A stretch of 59,952 nt of DNA, the filler included, from Sphacelaria rigidula (taxonomy: Eukaryota), in assembly GCA_964200075.2 (NCBI GenBank). It is 6 parts of 6 records of this genome, joined end to end, with 100 filler letters (N's around TTAATTAATTAA, not from the genome) between each part and the next. Parts side by side here need not be neighbours in the genome. Positions count along the whole stretch, not along the records: positions 40,037 to 49,944 come from CAXNAA020007509.1; positions 50,045 to 59,952 come from CAXNAA020007510.1; 4 more parts are not named here. One strand, given 5' to 3'. Numbering within the stretch: the stretch's first letter is position 1; each line of letters opens with the position of its first letter. The translations under genes were made by a program, and so were the position numbers. The notes below the pieces were generated by a model. The model was not told the DNA's origin and did not search any database. It worked only from the letters and a program-made list of their open reading frames with translations. Positions 48,548 through 59,952 of the stretch are shown piece after piece.

Positions 48548-51500
48548 GCGTTAGGGTTTTATTTGCGAAGTCGCAAACGTGCACAACGATTGATGAACGA
48601 CCCCACTGCGGTGTGGATGGCTACTGTGTCGCCGCTTTTTTTGGTGGCATCCTAAATATCTTTGTTGTGAACCAAGTTTGTCAACGGGCCAATGCGACAC
48701 AACCTTGAGGCTACGCACTCCGCATGCTACATCTGCAGTATCTTTGGTCATGACTCCGTTGTCCTCTGGTGCTGCTGTAGGCCCGATGTGTTGGACTCCA
48801 GAACTCACAACACGGGGCTTTTCACATCACTCTGAACCTAGTGTTGAAGTGGGTGCGCCGCATTCTGCGAACCGTAATGTGGTTCTAGAGTGAATCCTCG
48901 AAGTACTCTGTATTTTATGTATTACGACATGAATAACACCGATGGAAACACCCACAAGAGCATAACCCAAGGAACGGGAAAAAACGATAGCTGCTGCCGA
49001 GTAAACTTTCAATGACTTCAGATTGTCAAATTCGACTGAAATACAAGTTTGCGCGAAGGGGATGGAGACAGCTTGAAGTAAACCAAAGCCAGCAATGGTG
49101 ATCACCATAACGGCGCAGAGGTGTCTCGTAACACTGCATGAGTCGTGCTCCATATTTACTGGATCATGTTTAAGAGCACAAAACGTCGCGTGCGCTTCAA
49201 GGGTATGCAGAAATAATCGCCTTGGACCCTCACCACCCGCACCCCACCATCCTCCTCTCCCCCCTGGGCGGATCGGAAAACATATTCTTGGCCGCCTTCA
49301 CCATTGGGAAGCCGGAAGTCGCGTGTCTACCAGTCGGGCATGTCCAAAAAAGGGTTTGAAAGTTTTACCTGGTCATCCGCATGGTTCCCACATCGATCGT
49401 CTGCTCCTCAGCGTTGGGCAACATCGTAATGCTTCTACTTTATGAGACATTCGGCCTGTTGGGGAGTTCGTGTACGTTCTGCCGCAGGTTGGAGCAGTTT
49501 CACCCAAGGCAGAGGCGAAAGCATACGTTACCAAAGGTCCGCAACGGCCTCCTCTCTAACTGCGTATGTTAAGGTTTGGCATGAACGGCGAACTGTGGGG
49601 TCAGTGTAGCTCGAACAAGCACTACAGTCCGACACGAGCCAAATATCTCGTATTCACATTCCCAACTGATAAATTCCAGTCATGGTACAAGGAACCGTTG
49701 ATCCTTGACGGTGGGCAAGAGTGTTGAATAGGACCTATTTCGTCCGTGAGCTACGAGCTGGGCCAGCCTAAAAACGGATTTAAGCTCTGAAAGCAATACC
49801 TCATCGACACAGACGAGTTGGGCCGTGATCCGGATATCGTCTAGTCAAAGGGAAGGTGCCCATCTGCTCAAAATTTTGGGCCCATATTTTCTCGTTGATT
49901 AAACCCCATGTCTAGTATTTCCTATACCTAAGGGAGATAGCCCCNNNNNNNNNNNNNNNNNNNNNNNNNNNNNNNNNNNNNNNNNNNNTTAATTAATTAA
50001 NNNNNNNNNNNNNNNNNNNNNNNNNNNNNNNNNNNNNNNNNNNNAGCGGTTGATTCTCATTTCAAAATACGTTCTCGTTTTTCTGGCAACCCTGTTTAGT
50101 GGTGGTTCGTCAGTGTATATGTGCGTGTGAGCTGTGTTCTGGATGCGCGCTGCGGCATGCCCTACCTCGAGGGCGTGTTCTTCCGTAGTAGTACAGCATC
50201 AGCAGCAGCAGCTGGACATTATTAATTTTGCAACAAGAGAACGTGTTCAGGTTCTAAAAATCACTGCAGAACTGCTTTGTTGTCTTGTGTTCAGTGCAGT
50301 ACTCTGTACTCCATATATCACTGCAGAGTTGTCTTGTGTTCAGTGTAGTACACTGTGCTCCATGTAATAGGGTCACGTTTTGATCAGTTCTTGAAAAGTT
50401 CTGCTTGTTTTTTGAAAAGTTCTCGAACAGTTGTGCTCATTTTTCTGTCACAGAAATCCAATGCCGAACTGGAATAGCCTGAGGCAACAACCAATTTGAA
50501 AATTGGAATTGGCCAAAGAACCGTTCGCTGGATCAGATTGACCAAAACAATATTATCGACTCTTCCGACGTTTGCTGTCGGTAGTTCGGCCAGACGCCAG
50601 CTTCATAGGGCGTGCAGGAGGTGTTGTGCCCATCGAGGGAGGGTTCGCTTGGGGGGAGGGGGGGGCAGGGCAGAGAGATCACTTGTAGTTTGGCGTGGAA
50701 GCGACATGACATAGATCGCTCCAAGCGACGCCGACAGGGCCAACTTAAACCTGAGAAATCTCAGTCGAGCATGATGCTCTCGAGTTGGGCTTGTGGAACT
50801 GGTTGTTGTGTCCATAGATGAGGAAACATATGGTGCATAAAGTGAGTGGCCAATTAATTCGAGAAAAATATATTGCTACGAAAAAGAATGAGGAGAAAGC
50901 GATGACCTCAACCGTCGTCTCGAGAAAATACATGTTTGCCCACTGTAGTACGTGTACATCGTGGCTTACTTCGGCACACACCGCTTAGCCATCCGGTGAA
51001 CTGTATCGACGTTACTCCCCATGTCCTAACAAGTGCGACAGGAGTTATACGAAGAGTGATCCCCGCCGCTGCTCGTGTGTTCACAAAGTGGTATGTACAT
51101 CAATCACAAATACGATAAGGGGATGTAATTTAGCTTCAAGTCTAGACGACAGAATCCTCTCATCCCTTCCTTTTGGCCCCCGTCATCCGAACACAAGAGG
51201 CGTTCCAACTTGTGAGCACATCAAGAATACGTCGTGGAGGTATGATAGCTTTGAATCTAGACAGCAGAAGATAAACATGTATTTCTCTTTTGCTCTTTCT
51301 TGATTCTCTTCATTCATCCGAACACGCCATGAGAACAAGACCTGGCGAAAATAATGAAAATTTTGATGAAAATGGGTGAGTTGCTGCGGTGCTGGTCCAA
51401 TACCCCACAATAAAGAGTCAGAGCAGGTACAAGCCTTCAGACAACAGATTCCTTCCGAAGAAAGGAAGAGGGGTAAATAATGAAAACATGTGAACAACCA

Positions 51501-52905
51501 AAGTGCGCCCTGCTCGTATGAAGCGAACCTGACGGGTAAATACTCCAAAACGGACGCAAAAAATGGTGGGTAGCGTCCCCTCACACATGTGGTACCTACC
51601 CTGTCACGGCCCAAATTTACACTCAGCGTACGAAGGCAATGTAGCTCCTCTTACCTTCTCTTGATTGCTGGTGCTACGAGTGGTCCACATGGATTCACAC
51701 AGCACCAAAACGTGCATGGTGACGGTCAAAAACACGTTATTTCATGACAAAATCATTCCGAGTATTGTGAATCCCAGCTCTGGGAACCCAACATTCCTCC
51801 CGGTTTTGTCCACGAGGGGTGTCTTCCGCTGTCGGCCAGGCTGCTGTCGGAGAGACCTTTCTAAGCCGTGTAGCCACGGAGGTATATACATGCTCCAGGC
51901 TCAAGCGTTTTACACACAAACACCATCCCAAGCACACTCTATGGGATTTACCCGGTTCGCTGTCTCTCCCTTGTGTCCGAGAGAAGATGCGAGGCTCCAC
52001 CTCATCTCGCAAATCGTCCTACTCTCCCCTGTGCTTCCACCTTTTCCTATCCAGCTCTCCCGAACCCGGTCACTCAAACCCGCCGTTGTAGCCCAAGAGA
52101 CGGGGCACTTTGCTATCCGCAGACAGACAAGGGGTCACATAACCCCTCCAGCGGCAATCTCTCGCGTGTGTACCACCCTCACTGGCGTCGAATGGATGGG
52201 CCCAAACGAGCCTGGGCATCTGTCCATACACGTGAGCTGTTATTGTTGAGCATATTTACCCGTAGTATTCAAGGAAACGATACAAGCGCGCGACCTAAGA
52301 AAAAAACGGATCTTGTCTCCGACACGCGATTTTCACCACGTCATCCTAACCCCGACCGTAGCTCTAACCCTAAACCTATACGAATATATGAGATTTTTTT
52401 GATGGCTGGTTACAGCAGGCCTAAAGCAGTACGGATCGCCGCGCTGTGGCGGCCAGAAAGACAATCCCCAGCTCCAACTCCAACAACTATCCCTGACCCA
52501 AAGTCAGAGAAATGGTCAATTTTCGTTGGCAAAAAAGGCAGCGCGACATTTAGTATGCCGCTCTCCAATGTAATCGCAAATATGTTTCATCAGTCAAAAA
52601 TGGCGGCCTGAATAATATCTCCCATTAGTCATGCCATATGAATAATGAAACAAAAGAATAATACCACAATGGCCCGCCAATGATTAGATAATTACTGGGT
52701 CAAAAAATGATTACAAAAAACATCACCCATTACACACACCGCCCTGAAGACATACCGCTTGCGGCCGAGAAGGATAACAAAAACACCCACCAGTCCCTGG
52801 TACTGACTGTACAGTATCGCTCACGCACATTCGCCCACCCATGCAAACAAAAACATAACCATGGCCAGCTGTTTACAGCTCGTATTAGCCTCCGATGCCC
52901 GTGTA

Positions 52906-55900
52906 TCAAGACGCTTTGTTCACGTGGTATAGCACCCAGTCCTTGATGTTACCGATGACTTCGTCCGTGTTGTTTGTGAGCAGGTCATGAAGCCAACCGT
53001 CCATCTCCTTCAGCTCCCTGCAGTGATTTTACGGTGCGCATCATGTCATACCAGGGTCGTCCGCAAACCAAACCGATACAGTTCGGGCAAACGTTCGGTA
53101 GAAATCGGAGCTTTCCGTAACGCACGACAGGACGTGCCAAGCAAATCACACCATGTATTGCTCTTAGTGTGCGCTTTCAGAACGGGGTTTTCTGTTTGGT
53201 ACAGATCGAATACACTAATATTAGTGCGATAAGGATGGGCCGTCCTTTTCTATCGTACGTGCGAGAGGGCTGTTACCTCCTACATCAGGCGTAACAGCCC
53301 TACAAAACAGCTCGCGCGCACGGGGGGGGGGGAGTGGGGATTGTAACCATGATCTTGCATGCCGTAGCTATTGGACTATTGACCTCGTATACCTACGAAG
53401 CTGGGGCACGCCGGGTTTTCGCCGTACGAGCCTCGCGATCGCCAAGTGCGGAGCGCCGTGATGTGTTCGGCGAGGCAAGGGCGTGCTGCAGCCCAAGACT
53501 GTTCGGCCCCAAGCATACTACTTGCCTTGCATATGGATGACAGCCTCGAATGTGTCGCTTCATTTTCTGGTCTGACCACTTTCAGAGACAGCCACGGATT
53601 GCACTGCCTCAGGGTTTCTCGCCATTTCAACACCACCTGGTACGATCACCCCCTTGCGCGGAGTTGAGGCTCTACATTCCGCACAATGTGTGGTGTGTGT
53701 GTTGTCGTCCCATCGATTCTGGACGCCGGTCTACACCCTTTATCATATGTGGGCGCATCAGCCGGGGTCACACCCGAGGAAGGTCAACACAGAAGTTTTT
53801 TTCGTTCCTTGATTGTTTTTAGTACTTCTCCTTCCTTCTGCGGTGCTTACCTTTATTCTTTATCGCGAGTTCAGCAGCCCCTTTCCCTCGTCGACCGATG
53901 AGTCGAATTTTGTGTATCCACAACATACTCGCTCTCCACTGTAGGGCATGGTGTGAAAAGAAAATGCCAGGTCGCTCCGAGAATTGAACCCACAACCCAT
54001 CCGTCGGAAGGTTTCGAAGTTACCAACTGAGCCACGGGGACCACCGGCTACAATATGATTTGTAACTTGACCACCATTCATGGCTACCGCGAAAAACCAC
54101 AAGCACGAAAAACCCACGGAAACCTGGTTGCCTAGCTTACGCAGTGACGTGTTTTATAGCATCGTTGCCAACCGACACCAACCCTGGGGGGGGACCATAC
54201 ACGGAGGAGGTGGCGGAGGGGGGGTACTCATGATCTCGTATGGAAGAAACGTTATGAGCACCTAAATGTTGGACGTGTCTCTGTTAGAAGTACGAACGGT
54301 GCTCCGTCTCGAAAGGGGTGCGTGGTCGGTCAATGGTCAAACGACCAAGGCAGCCAACAGATGAGCATGCCCTCCTCAGCCCCCCGCCCCCCGGTACATG
54401 CCGTGCAAATCAGCATCGCGGGTTTGATCATGACCATCAGTAATTTCGCGCCGCATCAATCGTCGTCGAATCAATTAACCATATTTCACTACAATAGTAC
54501 CCACGTTCTCACGCTTTCGAGGACTAAAATTGCATACTTGTCTGATATAAACCCCAAAATCCATCTTCCGGCGATCGAACCCGCATTTTCCCGACCCGGT
54601 GGGTTACGTTGGACCATTAGACCACCGGAGAGCGGCGCACGCCAAACTTCAAGGTTGTGTTCTGTAGGATAAACCGGCAGAAATTCCGGTATTTACACAA
54701 GTAAAATAAGGATATTCGATCCGTAAATACGAGTACTTTTCCCGATCATACCTCGCCAACCGATTTATCCCACGCGCGGGTATACTCTATTAATGTAGAA
54801 GACAACCCTGGAAAAATCGACCAGCGTAAAGCCTTGACGTGGATTCAACCCTACTTACCTCCCCACCTACCGAAGGACTACTGGTGCGAGACTGTGTCCT
54901 CCGGCGGCATGTGAAGCCCCGCTTAAAACAAAAGCTCACCTTATCGTGAGGAAACCACTGTTGTCAGGCCGTTTCTTATCGCTCAAATTTCATGATTTTC
55001 CCCCCAGACAACGAATCCCCCATATCTCAGGGGCAGTGAATTTCAGATGTTGCCGAAGGAGCGAGTCTTTCAGATTGTCTTCACCTACAGTAGGCGTTTG
55101 TAAACGGTGGGGGTAGGTCGGTAGGGGTAGGTCGGTACTAATCATCGCACCTGTTTCTAGGGTCGTCCTTCGGAGTGATCGCTTTCTCCATCAGCTCTGT
55201 CGATGGGCCGAACTGTACAATGGCTGTTCGGAGTACATGGCCCAACACACGCGCGCGTACACACACACGCAAGAAGAAAAAAGGGACACGGGCGGCGTGG
55301 GGAAAAAGGACGAAAAAAATAAATCTAGCTTACTCGCTGTCTTCTTCGTGTTTCATTTGATTTGGTTATACTTGGCTGTTTCTGCTGGGAGGATAAGTAA
55401 GAGGAAAATACGGAAAAAAACCCCATGAAACGCAACTTCTCGGAAAGAAACACCTGGCGGCAGCGGAAATGGAGAGGGAGCGGGGAGGGGGGTTACTCAT
55501 GATTCTGCATGTCGTAGTCATATGACCATTGACCTCGCGTCCCTACCAAGCCGGAACGGAGCACGCCGGGTTTACGCTGGACTAGGCTCGCAGTTACCAA
55601 GCGCGAAGCGCCGTGGTGTGTTCGGCGAGTCGCTTGACGAGTGAGCTGCATCCTGCTAAGATTCTCCGACCCGAAGCGTACTGGATATCTTTCCTATGGA
55701 TGACGGCCTTCAACAAGCTGCTTTCTTTCCTGGTATCGTCACTTCCAACTCCCGGGAATAAGGGGGAGGAGGATTGATGAGGCAGGGTCATTTTTTGCTT
55801 GCCTTGGTCATTTGACCATTGATCATGCATCCCTTTCGAGACGCAGCACCGTTCCTACTCCTGCTAGACACCTCCAACATTCGGGTGCTCATTACGTTTT

Positions 55901-58403
55901 CTTCACACAATAAAACACCAGAAACCTTTTACATATCTGATCCCTTGTCTGATTCGCCGTCTGCGGCCGCCATCTATCTTCCAGTATAGCCATCGTTTCC
56001 TCACTACTGTCTGATATGTCAAACGATTTCATACAACCTTTCTTTACTTTCCACATTTCCCCCTTCAACACGTCCCATTCCTTCTTGTATGGTTCACATT
56101 CTGCCACTGAGGGAATTATACTCTCCACTGCAGGGGGGCAGTGTACTCATGTTCATGCATGCCGTAGTCATACGACCATTGACCTCGCATCCCTACAAAG
56201 CCGGGACGGAGCACGCCGGGATTTCGCTGGACCAGGCTCGCGATTACTAATCGCAGGGCGGGGGGAGGGGGGGGGGAAACACGAGTTAGTGTAACCTTGA
56301 ATTCTCTGCTCACCTCACCGTTCTTTGCATTTCGCGGACGTATCGAGCACACGTCCCTGATGAAACACACTCTGCACGACCACCACCAAACGCCTCAAAG
56401 GTACCTACATATTAGATATGATTCCCTCTTCTCAAACGCTCCGTGATAATGCTGCGATGCGGCCAACCATCTCGGAACCGTTGTCTTTTCCTACACTCTC
56501 TTCATGAAATTTGTATCTGCACGCGAACAGCAAGGACAACACGTGAACCATTCCTTCCGGGGTTTTTTTCTTCAATGTGCCGTGTACACACCTACATCCT
56601 CGCGAGTACCCCTGGTTCAAACAAACGAGCACACGAAGAAGCAACCATCTGACTCACCACCATCACGGGCATGCTAAACCAACACTTTCGCAAAGCAAAA
56701 CCGATAGGGTCCGAAAAAACATTCTCAGCGTAGATTGCGAAGGAGCGTGACCGGTGCCCGAGTTTCCTCCATCTCCGCTGTGTTTCTGTTGCCGCCAGGG
56801 GCGACTCTACACACACACAAAAAACGGGGTACTGTATTGGCCATGGTTTGGTTTGTGGTGAGAGACGGCGGCTGCGCCGATCGATGTTTCCAAGTCGATC
56901 ATCATCAACGTGTGTTGAACATATGCACGATGAGAAAAAAATATTTCGCATGCATCTTGCGGTACGCATGGCCAGAAGAAAAAAAATGAAAAAAAAATGA
57001 AAAAAAAATCAAATTCGACACGGCTTTACACGGGGCATCAAATCTTACTCAGCAGCACTTGGTGACCAATTGACCTGTTCTGTTTCAGGGAAGGTTCACC
57101 CCCCCCGCGCCCCCCCTTCTCTCTATACACTCATTTTACTCAGCGAGCATTCCGCTTTGCTTTTTTTGGGTACGTTTATCTATCTTATCCGCATATCTAT
57201 GTTGTGGATAATGACCTCAAGTAACAGTTAATGTGCGACAATCAATCAACCTATCTATACATGACGATGCTACGCTATATAATAGTAGCCTCTTTACACG
57301 GAACAGTGCTACAATATTATAAACGTTATACCACGAGTAGAAACGTCAACACACGAGCGAGATGTATGCACGTGTGGACATATCCGACCAATATTGGCTC
57401 AGACACTACTACAGCGAAGCGGTCCATCTCGTAGGGTCAAGTCAAAGAACATACTCCATACAATCAACCAAGCCATCCCGCATGCACTACTGCATCCAAG
57501 TACCCATCAGGCATTTAGAGACCCCTCCCCCCTCTCTCATGACAAGAGGGACGCAGCATGCACACCACATTCCATGCTTTACCTAAGTGATATATCCTTA
57601 ATCCCCTCCCTTGCTCTTTTTCTCGGGGTGGGGGCTGGGGGGTGGGGTGGTTAACGAGTTTGCTGACTACACCGAGATTCGAACCAACGTCCCAAACGTC
57701 AGAAGATTTAGAGACTTTCCGACTGGGCCACCGGAGTGACCGGCGTTTTCATGGCACCTGCAAAAAGCAAGAAACTCAACGCGAAAAAACACCACGAGCG
57801 AGGCTAGCTATAATAACTACCTGCCTACCCCGCTTGAATTACAGTGCGAGTCCCACTCCAGTGCGGTCGAAATCACTCGGCACAGCAGACAAGTCCAATC
57901 CACAACAGAGGGCTAATTTCATATTACGTGATCCCACTTCATCAGTAGAGTGCGGCCATGCACTCTGTTCTTAACCCTTAGACCGCGAGGTTAGTCTTCT
58001 GTTGACTCGGCATCAATTTCAATTGAAAAAAATTATGCATGATCCAGAAAGACTAATCTTGCGGTCTAAGGGTTGGCACAGTATCCTCATTCGTGGAGAA
58101 TGACCACTGAGCAACAAGAGGTACATGTCATTGCCCATCGTATCCCAGCGAGGTCCTCCTGCTTGTGCTCCCCATGCCACGATAAGGGGGGATCAAGTGT
58201 CCCGATAATGTTGTATATCCAAGCAGCGAACGAACATCGGGGGGGAGGGGGGAGGGGGGAACTGCCATGCTCACCATCTTGAGGGTCGTGCATGATGAGG
58301 AAGGGGAACTGCACTTGCGATAGCCGAGCGCACACCGTGGCCACCATGTCCATCATATTGAGTCCCATCCTGAACTTCATGTTGTGTCCCCATCCAATAG
58401 CCC
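52906..58403 (-). CDS. Alpha/beta hydrolase (monoglyceride lipase/lysophospholipase, Hydrolase_4-like), last three exons; 5'-partial
   Basis: Phase-consistent exons 58275-58403, 55151-55223, 52906-53017 (TGA 52906-52908). The joined peptide ...LSQVQFPFLIMHDPQDAIV...ELKEMDGWLHDLL...EVIGNIKDWV carries the catalytic Asp and His motifs of this family. The Ser nucleophile exon is outside the contig. Confidence 0.82.
53700..54048 (-). mobile_element. tRNA-derived SINE, second family (head also at 57660-57744)
   Basis: Minus-strand head ccccgtggctcagttggtaac...gggttcaattctc (A and B boxes). Confidence 0.6.
55780..56131 (-). mobile_element. 3' end of family A LINE (links the RT region to the conserved terminus)
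   Basis: Reverse complement matches 15905-16075 and continues into ...TCTCGAAAGGGATGC.TG.TCAATGGTCAAATGAC.AAGGCAAGCAA, the terminus found in the short copies. Confidence 0.8.
57975..58072. mobile_element. ~98-bp piggyBac-like mini-element
   Basis: ttaa|cccttagaccgcgaggttagtctt...aagactaatcttgcggtctaaggg|ttgg. Confidence 0.65.
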
Positions 58404-58656
58404 CTGTTATCCGACATCAGTTTGGTACATGTGTTGATATATTTGATACATTTTCATTTCTGTCAAACATTTATTCATCCACCACAGAACAGGGTTAGGC
58501 GGGACGGAACAGAGCGGAAAAAGAAGAAACAAAGAGGGGTACAAGTAGGAAGTATGGATGACACACGTCACGACATCATCAAAACATGTTACTAGAATAT
58601 GACTTTCCACAGATACTATACTACAACTACCACGAAAAATGACCCCACGGTAGAAT

Positions 58657-59025
58657 GGAGGAGGAGGGGTTACTAATGATCTTGCATGCCGTATCATATA
58701 ATCTTCGACCTCGCATCCCTACGAAGACGGGATGAAGCACGCCGAGCTTTCGCTGGACAAGGCTCGCGATCAATCACCAAGCGCGAAGCGCCGTGATGTG
58801 TTTGGCGCATCGCATGAAGGGTGAGCTGCATCCTGCTGAAGGTTGTCCTGCTCGGCCCGAAGCGTGCGTACTGAGTATCTTATAGTTGGATGCCAGCGTA
58901 CAATAAGTTGCTTCATTCTCTGGTATCACCACTTCCAGAGCTAACAATGAGTCCCACACTGCCTCATGGATGTTTCACCATATGAACACTACGTGGTACG
59001 ATCATCCCCTCTGCGGGAAGTTCGC
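58657..59025 (-). mobile_element. Family B LINE-like 3' fragment (sister terminus ...GCATGCAAGATCATGAGTAC-Cn)
   Basis: Copies at 9854-9910, 53322-53665, 55482-55755, 56132-56247, 58657-59025 and 59108-59330 share one end next to a G-run and vary at the other. Decayed minus-strand coding remnant (VVIPENEAT...HITALRAW). Confidence 0.7.
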
Positions 59026-59952
59026 GTTCCGTGTTCTCTGCCCCGCACAATATCGTCTACTGTACAAGTAGCTCCAGCACCAATATGTTGACCGACACAA
59101 AAAAAAAGGGGCGGGGGAGCTCATGATGTTGCATGCCGTGGTCATGAGATCATTGACCTCGCATCCCTACAAACCCGGGGCGGAGTACGCCGGGTTTTCG
59201 CCGGACCAGGCTCGCGATCACCAAGCGCGAAGCGCCGTGATGTGTCCCGCGAGTCGAATGACGGGTGAGCTGCATCCTACCAAGATTGTTCGGCTCGAGG
59301 CGTACCAATTATCTTGCGAACAGATGGAACAAAACATTGCACACCGCGGATCTGAAGGCTGGCTGAACACAGCGAACAAACATGCCGAGGACAATAACGA
59401 CTCACCGGGTTTGCCCCAGTCATCTCTCGCGACCATCGCCCGATCTTCCTCGCGCTTCCACACCGCCAGAGGATTCCTTACTACAACAGCGCCACAGCGA
59501 GGGTTGGGGGAGGGGGACGAGGGTGGGGATCGAGCCAAAACCTTCGGGCGCCACAGCTACCCTTTCCCTTGCCTTACCCTCATACGAACTGTTCCGATTC
59601 AAATCCGATCGTGTTCACAAGATGGAGGCGTGTGTGCTCAGGATAAATGAGCGGGGAAATACTCCCGGACTTGTTTGCTTTTCGACCACCGAGTTATGCT
59701 GCGATAGCCCCCCCCGTCATAAAAGTAGATTGTTTGAGGAGGCAAAAGCTACATGCAAATCAACATCACCGAAGCGTAGCGCATCGAACAGCTCGGAACA
59801 CCATGCTTGGCATCATTTTCGCCGATGTCGATCATACGAGGCGCTTCCTACAGTCTGAAATCAGCTGCCGTGCGCAGCATAGCTATTCTCTTCGTGAAAT
59901 CTCTAGGGCTGGTTTGGGGGGGGCGGGGGGCGCGCTCAACGTGTTGGCTTCC

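Noticed and set aside
52340-52500. Telomere-like CTAACCCTAA motifs
   Set aside because: Only scattered degenerate units, with no tandem array.
51665-52611. Overlapping ~200-aa ORFs; also 48900-49944 and 32150-34700
   Set aside because: No recognisable motifs or coherent splice structure; possibly old decayed elements, but unsupported.
54218-54375. Family A and B ends as the two TIRs of one MITE
   Set aside because: Most copies have only one end, variable truncation, long TSDs and upstream coding remnants, which fits retroposed 3' ends better.
56655-56760. Possible extra minus-strand exon with gtgagt donor in the hydrolase intron
   Set aside because: The flanking exons already join in phase, and the peptide does not fit the domain.

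Overview
Eukaryotic, intron-rich, repeat-rich DNA. Short GT-AG exons in 0.4-4 kb introns, plus the repeat types, suggest a brown alga or other stramenopile (inference). The window is not one locus: it is six ~9.9 kb contigs (9910, 9909, 9909, 9908, 9908, 9908 bp) joined by identical 100-bp N44-TTAATTAATTAA-N44 linkers. Spliced genes reconstructed by hand, all partial: (1) a Y_phosphatase3/MptpB-type Cys phosphatase (minus); (2) an unknown coiled-coil protein (minus); (3) a calcineurin-B-like EF-hand protein (plus); (4) a secreted C69 Ntn cysteine dipeptidase (plus); (6) an alpha/beta hydrolase of monoglyceride lipase type (minus). Contig 5 holds a near full-length decayed RTE-type LINE. Many MITEs, tRNA-derived SINEs and LINE 3' fragments fill the introns. 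The most striking observation is a pair of sister LINE-like families whose 3' ends terminate in ATGAGTAC(G) plus oligo(C) instead of poly(A), and which insert with target-site duplications at C/G tracts.
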